Below, in pieces: positions 1 to 7,699 of a stretch of DNA of 25,322 nucleotides (position 1 is the stretch's first letter; every line of letters begins with the position of its first letter). Below the pieces are notes generated by a model. The model had not been told where the DNA came from. It saw nothing but the letters and a program-made list of their open reading frames with translations, and did no database searches. Both the position numbers and the translations under genes were made by a program. This DNA comes from Nitrospirota bacterium (GTDB lineage Bacteria > Nitrospirota > UBA9217): assembly GCA_963845065.1 (NCBI GenBank), contig CAWJQQ010000010.1, forward strand, positions 1 to 25,322. The letters are read 5' to 3'.

Positions 1-91
1 TAATTTATATTGTATACCGGTATTCGATATATTACAAGCCAAAAAATACTTAGCCGGTCATTTTTAATTAATTTTTAAATCATTGTACTTT

Positions 92-246
92 CGGCAGGCT
101 TATGGTTCCAATTTGGACTTTCGGCAATCTTATGCTTCCACGGTGGTAGGAAAAGGCAGGGAAAATGATAAATAAGGCGTACGTTAAAGCGGTTTTTCCC
201 GCAATCTTATGCTTCCAGTGCCGGCGAGCTTATGGGTAAAGTCACA
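92..246. mobile_element. Terminal end of an upstream Tn5053/Tn7-like transposon (body extends left of the window)
   Basis: Four co-oriented 19-bp repeats (consensus CGGCAAKCTTATGSTTCCA) at 92-110, 122-140, 199-217 and 222-240, then GTCACA (241-246), i.e. a TGTGAC terminus on the minus strand. Homologous to the split end at 3365-3440 + 6957-7025. Confidence 0.75.
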
Positions 247-467
247 GTATGTATCGTCATCTTTGTGACTGAAACCATAGGTTTACCGCTGCGGCGGGTT
301 TATGCTTCCAATTAGTAAGTTTTCGCTCAGAGTAAATCTATAAATGTTTGAAAATAATTATATATGTATTGTATAGGTATGGTTCGGTTCTAATCCCCGC
401 TCTCATCCCGTGATTCATTATTGCTTTCTTGATTAGTTGCCATGAATAGTCGCCTCCTTCTTAAAAA

Positions 468-1844
468 TTAAATTTTACTCGTTGATGGCTTAAGTTCTTT
501 TAAACCAAATACAGCTTTTTCTTTTCCAGACAGTTTAAGATACCCCCCCTGTTTATCTAAATCAAATGCATCATGATTAAAGATGAATCTCGGGCAAATA
601 GGTCCATGAAATTCATTCTTATGCTCTGGGAAACACGCCTTAGACTCAAGACCTCCTATGAAGTACAATTGCTCCAATAGTATTTTCATGAATTTATTCC
701 AGATGATTCCTTCATCATTGTCTCTATAACCGCGCATTTGTTCCGGCTTTAGCTCTAAAAAACCTTCTTCAAATATATCTTTACCCATTGAAGGAAACGT
801 GCATATCCCTTCTTCATAAAAATTACCGCTGTCTTCAAGACCAATTATATAATTTGAGTTATCATGAACGATACTTCTGTATGCGCATACATCGCAACTG
901 GCAGTTATAAAGTGTTCATCGTCATCGATATCCTGTAACCTGGGAACCTCAATCGTTAATTGCGGATTAGATATGTCCGGTCCTATGATTTGTTCAACGT
1001 CATTCCTGAATTGCGCTATGTTTACATCAGGGACGGAGTCTTCGCTAGGACGCTTAATCCAAGATAGTCCCATTGCACGATCGTATTCGTATGAATCATC
1101 CCAGGTTAAAAGGATTTTAAGTGCGGTATCAAACATTTTTGATTTATTTAGGTCACGCTCTAGCCGTAAATTTCCAGGAATTGATAAATACATAGCATCG
1201 CATTTATTGCAGAATCCAATTCCGCCACTATTTTGCTCAGCTATATTAAAGGGAGTTTTGCAAAATGGGCATTTGCTTTTTTTTGACAGTTCGATATCGT
1301 GTTTTGCAATATTGAGGATTTCGCGAGGTTTTGCAAACGACAAGTACGTACTTATGGGAGTGCTTATTTTAAATCCTACAACCCCTTGACCTTCATCAAC
1401 CAGTTCGTGAACCACTATCCCCAAATCCTCTAATTGTTTCCAGAGATTTTCGATTTTAGGAGACAGAGTATTCTTTATTTGGTCTAGGAGTTCTTTTGGA
1501 TATTGGACCGGTTCACCTTTCGCAATCGCCAGTGCTCTTAAATGTGCCATTTGAGACTCGGGAGTGGTTGCTTCCTTTACATACTTTTCAACGAGTGTCG
1601 ATAAAAAATCAGGCTTTTCAATTTCTATAATGGCCTTCTCCCTCTCTTTCAGGCTATACGTTTTAAATTTGGCATTTTCTTTTTTCCCTAGTATCCTGTT
1701 TAAGTGGCATTTGGCGTCAGAACCAGATTGCGTAACGTATCGATGAATATTTGTTCGCCCTGCAGCCATTGTCCGCGCTTGATCTTCTATCTGGCATAGT
1801 TTTAACCATAATTGGTTATTATTCAGTGTCATTTTTATCCTCAT
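468..1844 (-). CDS. Hypothetical protein (458 aa) with Cys clusters, possible zinc ribbon; transposon cargo
   Basis: Long AT-rich ORF with CPFC-x16-CNKC and CDVC motifs. No family recognised. Confidence 0.75.
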   Translation of the reverse strand: MRIKMTLNNNQLWLKLCQIEDQARTMAAGRTNIHRYVTQSGSDAKCHLNRILGKKENAKFKTYSLKEREKAIIEIEKPDFLSTLVEKYVKEATTPESQMAHLRALAIAKGEPVQYPKELLDQIKNTLSPKIENLWKQLEDLGIVVHELVDEGQGVVGFKISTPISTYLSFAKPREILNIAKHDIELSKKSKCPFCKTPFNIAEQNSGGIGFCNKCDAMYLSIPGNLRLERDLNKSKMFDTALKILLTWDDSYEYDRAMGLSWIKRPSEDSVPDVNIAQFRNDVEQIIGPDISNPQLTIEVPRLQDIDDDEHFITASCDVCAYRSIVHDNSNYIIGLEDSGNFYEEGICTFPSMGKDIFEEGFLELKPEQMRGYRDNDEGIIWNKFMKILLEQLYFIGGLESKACFPEHKNEFHGPICPRFIFNHDAFDLDKQGGYLKLSGKEKAVFGLKELKPSTSKI

Positions 1845-2586
1845 TTAAAATAGATTAACATGGATATGCACTTCACGCTGGCTACTCTTAAAAGGATTTT
1901 AAAAATGCACACCTTCAAGAATAGAATCACGTGAAAAATCCTCGCTAAGAAATGTCGAGATCTGGTTCATTTTTACTGTGGCCCATATAAGGGCATCCCA
2001 ATACGCTAAACGATGGTCTCTAACGCCCTGAACGCCTCTAAAACAACAAGACCTGAGCATGAAATAGTTATAGGAATCGTGATATGTGAAATGAAATTAG
2101 GCCTCAGCTAATTCTGCAGCAGTGATTAGCATAGTCGCCATTGCGCGACATTCATAAAGAGTAAGATTTATAAAGTGTGATGCTCCTATATCACCTTTTG
2201 ACAACTTTATGAAAAGGCTGGCATATCCTGCCCCTGTATATCCGTCTTTATTGTAATAGGCGTATCAAGTTCTTGAATCTGTCGTTCAGAAGGCGGTTGA
2301 AGTATTAGCTCACAAAAGGTAGAAACATTAGCTGTCAGATTTGCCTCAACTAAAGCCGCAATGGTCGTCGCTAACCTGCAAGAGCGCGACATTCTGCTGC
2401 ACTCAGATCTGACGATCCACGTTGATACAAATTATTCGTCCCTTTGATCATACATGCCACGTATAATCGTGGTATGGTAATCTTATTGTACGAGTAGATG
2501 GTTTTTTTATAGTAGAACCCAGGGGCGCCCATTGTGCTGTGAATTCTAATCTATATTTATTTTCTTCCATAAACGTTGTCCCCCCT

Positions 2587-3045
2587 TCAGACGCAAAAAT
2601 CGTCCATTATAAGACTTTCAAAGTCTATCACATTTTCAAATCCCTTATCATTACAGATAAAGCCGGTAGCACTACAAACGATTGCTGAGGCAGCCTGAAT
2701 AGAATCAGGTGTCTTTAAGCGATGTTCTGCGCGGAGCTTGGCTGCTTGGTCGGCGACATTCAGTGTCATAGGAACCCACGTGAGATGCGGATAGCTTGTC
2801 AATAAAGCATAGAATTTCATGACAAGTTCTTCGTTTTTTTGACGGTAAGGCTGTACCAAAACTTTGAGAAGACTCAGTGTTGATGTCGCCGCCTGCGTCT
2901 TACCGGCATCGATACGACCGAAAAGCGTTTTACAGAAGGGCAAATAACGGGGATGTTCTTCTATAAGATAGATGAAGACGCTAGTATCAAGAAAAACTAG
3001 AGAGTGGCTTTTCAGAAACCCCTCGAGCGAGTGCGGCGCTACCAA
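2587..3045 (-). CDS. vapC: VapC-family PIN toxin
   Basis: VFLDTSVFIY N-terminal motif and LKTPDSIQAASA...FICND C-terminal PIN motif. Overlaps the upstream antitoxin. Confidence 0.9.
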   Translation of the reverse strand: MVAPHSLEGFLKSHSLVFLDTSVFIYLIEEHPRYLPFCKTLFGRIDAGKTQAATSTLSLLKVLVQPYRQKNEELVMKFYALLTSYPHLTWVPMTLNVADQAAKLRAEHRLKTPDSIQAASAIVCSATGFICNDKGFENVIDFESLIMDDFCV

Positions 3046-3263
3046 GATCCGCGTTCCTTTTTAAGATGGGATTTCGGATAGATCCCCTTTCCTATGCCCG
3101 AGAGAGCAGCCTGATAACTCTCTGGTTTCGGCATGATAATAGTAACATTGTTCTTTACAACGACGAGGAGCTCATCCCGCCCTTTGAGGTGCATCGCTTC
3201 CCTGGCTTCCCGAGGAAGTACAATTTGGTTTTTCGAACTAAGCCGTACTGTTGTAGTCTGCAT
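3039..3263 (-). CDS. AbrB/MazE/SpoVT-family antitoxin (VapB)
   Basis: VRLSSKNQIVLPREAREAMHLKGRDEL swapped-hairpin motif. ATG at 3263 with AGAGG upstream. Confidence 0.88.
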   Translation of the reverse strand: MQTTTVRLSSKNQIVLPREAREAMHLKGRDELLVVVKNNVTIIMPKPESYQAALSGIGKGIYPKSHLKKERGSW

Positions 3264-3282
3264 TAATGTGCCTCTTTCTGTC

Positions 3283-3318
3283 TGCTTTACATTTATCATA
3301 AAAAGTAAAGCATGTCAA
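3283..3318 (-). promoter_or_regulatory. vapBC promoter with palindromic operator
   Basis: TTGACA on the minus strand (3318-3313) abuts an 8-bp inverted repeat TGCTTTAC (3283-3290) / GTAAAGCA (3305-3312), typical of TA autorepression. Confidence 0.6.
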
Positions 3319-3537
3319 GAAGAGGATTTTCAGCGACAATTTCGCCGAATCTGCATTGCACTTCCGGCAAGCTTATGCTTCCATTCTGCACTTACGGCAA
3401 TCCTATGGTTCCACTGTACCGGTTAAAATGATAAAAAGGGTGCCACTACCGGTTTGGATCTGACCCACTCAACGGCTAAAAGCTGACCCACCTCCAAGTT
3501 GCGTGCTTTGAGTTTTTATCAGATAGACGCACCGGTT

Positions 3538-3759
3538 TTATGACCCACTGGTACAGGTAATGTGCCTTATTACCTCGATATTGATGATAATCGAGTGATG
3601 CACCATGCAATCCACTATAGCGGTGGTGACGACGGGATCACCCAGATAGTCACCAAGATCCTTAAACGCTATGTTTGTAGTGAGAAGAGTGGTTCCTTTG
3701 CAATAGCGGCCATCGATGACTTTGAAGAAGAGCGAGGCATTTCTGGCGTCGTGCTCCAT
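3538..3759 (-). pseudogene. istB: IstB (IS21 helper ATPase) C-terminal fragment
   Basis: ASLFFKVIDGRY..TTLLTTNIAFKDLGDYLGDPVVTTAIVD.MVHHS matches the IstB/DnaC C-terminus. Walker motifs absent. Confidence 0.85.
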
Positions 3760-3836
3760 TTCTCGGGTGGAACAATAGCCTAATCCGGTAGAAAAGGCCG
3801 CATGTCATATCTTTGCAATCAACGATTTTTATTCTC

Positions 3837-4225
3837 TCAGGGGGTGACGGAAATCCCAGGAGGGGAATCTCTTGAAAGAACACCGATTTCGACGATCAGC
3901 GCGTCCATCTTTGCAATGATCGGGTGCACGGGACTGTCCCGCTCCGGGGCCTCTTATGGTTCCGCTCTCGCTGCTGTTCCCGGTTGCGCTCCACATAGGC
4001 GGGATGGCTCTCCCGGTACTTCCTCCAGTAATCGCTGTTGTTCACGCGCCACTGCCTCTTGGCATCAGCTTGTTCCTCCCGATACACGCTGCCTATTGCC
4101 AGTTTGTGTCTTTGCCACAGTCTCTTCCGTTCCTTCTGGCATCCTAGCTTTCCGAAATATCGATGATTTCGTACCGCCGGATGTGTCTGGAATGTTGCAT
4201 GACAGTTTTCACACCTCTTGTCCAT
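3837..4225 (-). pseudogene. Basic Cys-containing hypothetical protein, apparently frameshifted near the C-terminus
   Basis: ATG at 4225 after a G-rich RBS; MDKRCENC...CQKERKRLWQR...YWRKYRESHPAYVERNR. A second frame continues IAKMDALIVEIGVLS to a TGA near 3837. From memory it resembles ORFs found with IS21-type elements in Desulfobacterota (unverified). Confidence 0.5.
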
Positions 4226-4451
4226 GATCCCCCCAAGAGCACTCAATAGAATGAAATCGATTGTGCTCTTGGGCTGGAAAAAACGAAAGATGAAATAAAG
4301 GGTATTCGGATTTACTGTTTGATTTTGCAATTTATCGCAACCGTTTGAACAGTTTAAATTCGGATTATTTACTTGATTTGTCCTGCAAATCCTCTTGATT
4401 ATCTTAACGTCGGTTGACATCTCATTCCAAACGTCAAATTACTAATTTAAC

Positions 4452-4493
4452 TTGACAATGAGTGACAATTGTGTACACTATTAGGTACACAAT
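4452..4493 (+). promoter_or_regulatory. Sigma70 promoter and operator of the phd-PIN operon
   Basis: TTGACA (4452-4457)-16 nt-TACACT (4474-4479), overlapped by a perfect 9-bp inverted repeat ATTGTGTAC-N8-GTACACAAT. GGAGG RBS follows. Confidence 0.7.
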
Positions 4494-4507
4494 GGAGGAC
4501 AAAATAT

Positions 4508-4795
4508 ATGAAATTTCTCAGTGTGCGCGATTTGCGAGGTCAATCAGCTCGTGTTTGGAAAATGCTTCCAGAAGAACGTGAAATGATAATCACTAGTAAC
4601 GGGCGACCGGTAGCCATTTTGGCTGCGGTAAACGAGTCGAATGTAGAAGAGTCACTTTCGGCGTTTCGCCAGGTAAGGGCTATCAAGGCGGTGGCAAGTC
4701 TTCAGCGACGCTCAGTAGAAAAAGGGACCGATCGAATAACGATGGACGAAATTGACGCAGAAATCAAGGCTGTCCGAAAGAAACGTCCGCGATGA
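4508..4795 (+). CDS. Phd/YefM-family antitoxin
   Basis: MKFLSVRDLR...MIITSNGRPVAIL Phd signature. RBS GGAGG. ATGA overlap with the toxin. Confidence 0.9.
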   Translation: MKFLSVRDLRGQSARVWKMLPEEREMIITSNGRPVAILAAVNESNVEESLSAFRQVRAIKAVASLQRRSVEKGTDRITMDEIDAEIKAVRKKRPR

Positions 4796-5217
4796 ACATC
4801 GTCCTTGATACTAATGTCCTTGTTACTGGACTATTAACGCCAAGCGGTGTATGTGGTGAAATCGTGCGCATGGTTTCGTCAGGCGAATTGGTGCTTTGTT
4901 TCGATGCGCGCATCCTAACTGAATATAATGAAGTTTTGCAGCGCCCTAAATTCAAGTTCGACGAGGATAAGGTAGCGGTTCTTCTTGACTATATTGAGTA
5001 TCATGGTCGTACGATTGCTTCCAATCCATTGGTCCAATCCTTACCCGATATTGATGACGCCCCCTTTCTGGAGGTCGCTCTTGCCGGTAGGGTAACTTGC
5101 CTCGTCACAGGAAATAAGCTGCACTTTCCTCTGAAGCTACGCAAAGGAGTCAAGGTTCTTTCTCCAAGAGAATTTTCAGATTTTTTTAAAAAACAATTGG
5201 AGCGAAAAAACCCATAA
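4792..5217 (+). CDS. PIN-domain toxin (putative TA toxin, PIN family)
   Basis: MNIVLDTNVLV...EY.EVL.RPKF...DIDDAPFLEVA...LVTGN..HF. Confidence 0.9.
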   Translation: MNIVLDTNVLVTGLLTPSGVCGEIVRMVSSGELVLCFDARILTEYNEVLQRPKFKFDEDKVAVLLDYIEYHGRTIASNPLVQSLPDIDDAPFLEVALAGRVTCLVTGNKLHFPLKLRKGVKVLSPREFSDFFKKQLERKNP

Positions 5218-5300
5218 CTAGCCGAGAGTCGGTGAACTGGTGTGACCTTGCAACCAGCGACTTAGACACCTATCGGATCAGGAATTTCGGGTTATCAATC

Positions 5301-5470
5301 AATAAATCCGAATATTCTAATTGACATCCTCCGCGGCCTCACGGATGTGGATTCCCGAATCAGGCTCTCCTACTACTGAGAGCCACTGCTGATTCTGTTT
5401 TCGGATGTAGCAGAGATGTTTGTCACGTCCCCGATTCATGGGCTGATGCTGCTGGCCTGGTATTTCTCCA
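5301..5470 (-). ncRNA. Putative TnpB omegaRNA (right-end scaffold plus flanking guide)
   Basis: Inferred from known TnpB biology: the scaffold overlaps the tnpB 3' end and right end up to TCAA, and the guide is the flank TTAGAATATTCGGATTTATT. 5' boundary uncertain. Confidence 0.5.
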
Positions 5471-6815
5471 GGCGAACCGGTTGACCGAAGGCTGTGCCAA
5501 ACAGCCACTACTCCAGGAGACACCTTTGTGTTCCGGGAGATACTTTTTAAGAATGTTGATTGCTCCGTTCACGTCAGCATGGATTACGGCGCCGCAATGC
5601 TTGCAAACGTAGAGGCCACGATGCACACGGCTGGCCTTATCCCTTGTGTTGCATACACAGCAGGTCTGGCTCGTGTAGTGCTCCTTTTCTTCTACAACGC
5701 GGATGCCTTTGAGTCTGGCTTTGTATGTAAGCATCCTGACGATCCGGTCAAACGGCCATTTATGGAACTGCTGGTTTCCGCTCTTTCCCCAATCTTTGCC
5801 TTCTCTGATGTCCTTCAGGTCCCCCACGATGATCGTGGAGACACCGCGAGCTTCTTTCTGCATCGCGGACAAGAGATTTGGTAAAGCTGTGGAGCAGGTG
5901 GGAACGCTGACGAGACCGTTTCTGGTTCAACGCACCTGATTTCCGGGACTTGCTGTCGGTCGTCTTTGACTTTTGCATTTCAAAGTACCGCTCAAGAGCG
6001 GCCAACTCACCACCTGACCAAAGGGAGGTGCTTCCATCCGTGCATGCTGTGGCGGCCATATCCTTCATACCCAAGATCGGTTGCCATCGTTTCCCCTTCT
6101 CCTTTCAATACGGGGAGCGTTATTATATAGACCAGGTGGACAAACCACATGCCTTTATCATGTACCAGACGGCCTATCTGGACATTGTCCTCGGTAAGAC
6201 GGGTGCCGTTAGGAAGGCGGAGCTTCAGAAAGAGAAATTGTTTTCCGTAGATGTCCTTCGGGATGCTGAGGCGCACCGTGGAGGTACGCTCATTCCACGT
6301 GACGGCGGTTTGTTTGAATGTCACCGTTGACAGATCGGCTTTTCGTCTGAAACCAGGGGGGTTGGCTTTCCTATCGCCTTTCTTACGGAGCGCAAACCAT
6401 GATTGATAGGACTGCCGAAGCTCTTCCAGGATTGCCTGAGAGCTTTGGGAGTGCAGCCGGCGATACCAGAGCGGATGCTCTTGTTTAAGAGCGATATCAA
6501 GCTCAGGGTAGGTGAGTATTTTCCCTGTGGCCATCCAGACGTTCCTGGTATGCCACACAGCGGTGTTCCAAAGCTTCGTTGCGGAAAAACCAAGTAGCCC
6601 GAGCGACAGAGCGGTGCTGTCGTCCGTTACCAATGCTTTACCAACGACTGTCATGGCTTGTACATCGGGCTCCTTTGCTCGATCAGTCATGGTGGTAATT
6701 ATATCAGGAAGGTGAACAACTGTCAATGTATCGTGAAAATAGCAATTCTTTGTTTTCTTCACAACCAGCGCCTTATATCCCCGGCCTCACGGCCGGGGTC
6801 TTACGGCGCATTGAG
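5321..6815 (-). mobile_element. IS200/IS605-family, tnpB-only (IS1341-like) element
   Basis: Subterminal hairpins share CGGCCTCACGG (5331-5350 and 6779-6798). Right end terminates in TCAA (5324-5321, minus strand). Left end preceded by TTTAT (6820-6816). No tnpA. Confidence 0.85.
5423..6690 (-). pseudogene. tnpB: RNA-guided nuclease TnpB with two frameshifts
   Basis: Three overlapping ORFs give KLWN...LHSQSSQ...PPGFR, RuvC-I MATDLG, IIVGDL, YTSQTCCVC...CKHC...ADVNGAINI. Frameshifts near 6070 (extra G) and 5855 (AGAA duplication). Confidence 0.9.
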
Positions 6816-7075
6816 ATAAAATGGCATGGTGGTCGGGGTGAAAACTTAGGGGTGGGTCAGTAAACCGGTGCGCTGATATTCAATCAGCACCGGTCAGGTG
6901 GGTCACGAATCCTGCGAGGGGTGAGTCAGTTCTTGACCGTCGGTAGCAAAAAAGGGAGTACGTTAAAGTTGCTTTTCCGGTAATTTTATGCTTCCAACGC
7001 CGGTAAACTTATGTGTAGAGTAACAATCATGGTCCTTTTCTTTGCTAAAATAAATGGGTATTATTTCCTGCAAAA

Positions 7076-7131
7076 TTACAATGATGAACTCACACAATGC
7101 GTAGTATTCGGCGTGGAGCGACTAGTTAGAG
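7076..7131 (-). other. attC-like integron cassette recombination site (degenerate)
   Basis: CTCTAAC-TAGTC-GCTCCACGC...GTGTGAGT-TCATC-ATTGTAA, 56 bp, 3 nt after the antitoxin stop. R' has ATT instead of GTT. Confidence 0.6.
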
Positions 7132-7134
7132 CTG

Positions 7135-7371
7135 CTATAACTCATCGCCGGGTAGCAGTTTCCTGCCAGGAACCTTTGCCAATATCTTCTTGAAGTCTTC
7201 CCTGCTCGCATTCATCGCTCGGCTCTCCAAATAGTCTTCCGTCATTAAGGCGGAAATCTTTTCTGTAACCGCAGATGAAATAAATTGGTTGATGGAGACC
7301 ACTTCCTTTTTTGCAATTTCCTTGATGTGCCTGTGAATCGACCCAGGCAAACGCAGACTTAAGGCGCTCAT
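7135..7371 (-). CDS. Ribbon-helix-helix antitoxin (HicB-like/CopG)
   Basis: MSALSLRLPGSIHRHIKEIAKKEVVSINQFI RHH motif. ATGA overlap with the upstream PIN gene. Confidence 0.85.
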   Translation of the reverse strand: MSALSLRLPGSIHRHIKEIAKKEVVSINQFISSAVTEKISALMTEDYLESRAMNASREDFKKILAKVPGRKLLPGDEL

Positions 7372-7669
7372 ACGATGTCCTCCAATAATTCTTTAGGTGT
7401 TATCGGCCTTATTCCAAATGTATCGGAACCCTTAAAATCCGATATGTTGTTGGTCATGATTACGTTAACTCCTGAAGCAACGGCCAATTCCAATAAATGA
7501 TCATCTTTGGAGTCTGAAGGCGGGGACGCCACAAAAAATATATTATTTGATGGCTACTCAGCAAGCATAAGTTATCCGGGATCTTTTCAATCTCCTGATT
7601 TGACAGATTCAGGACCTCCTGGTTTCTCTTTAAAACATTTTCATAATCGAAGAGTAGCGCGGTAGACAA
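7368..7669 (-). pseudogene. PIN toxin, 5'-truncated and frameshifted
   Basis: STALLFDYENVLKR...YFLWRP, then a second frame KDDHLLELAVASG..IMTNN.SDF...ITPKELL ending at TGA 7368. The N-terminal LDTN motif is missing. Confidence 0.8.
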
Positions 7670-7699
7670 TTCCTACGAATTACTAGAATCCCTAAAATC

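Larger units (their letters stand above)
3441..6948 (-). mobile_element. IS21-family derived non-autonomous element with cargo
   Basis: TG...CA termini (TGCCACTACCGGT / ACCGTCGGTAGCA), repeated TGACCCAC-like sites at both ends, an istB remnant next to one end, and a perfect 8-bp duplication AAAAAGGG (3433-3440, 6949-6956). Confidence 0.85.
264..7025. mobile_element. Non-autonomous Tn5053/Tn7-like mini-transposon
   Basis: Starts TGTGAC followed by a 19-bp site (270-288) and an inverted site (292-310). Ends with 19-bp sites at 3365-3383, 3395-3413, 6978-6996 and 7001-7019, then GTAACA. Flanks ATCTT (259-263) and ATCAT (7026-7030) match 4/5 as a 5-bp duplication. No TnsB/TniA-like ORF inside. 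Confidence 0.7.

Noticed and set aside
87..310. Repeats read as a CRISPR array
   Set aside because: Repeats are 19 bp, irregularly spaced, in mixed orientation and end in TGT/ACA termini. No cas genes. Transposon ends explain them better.
4290..4323. Self-target of the TnpB guide
   Set aside because: The match covers only the distal part of the guide. The TAM-proximal seed TTAGAA and an adjacent TTAT are absent.
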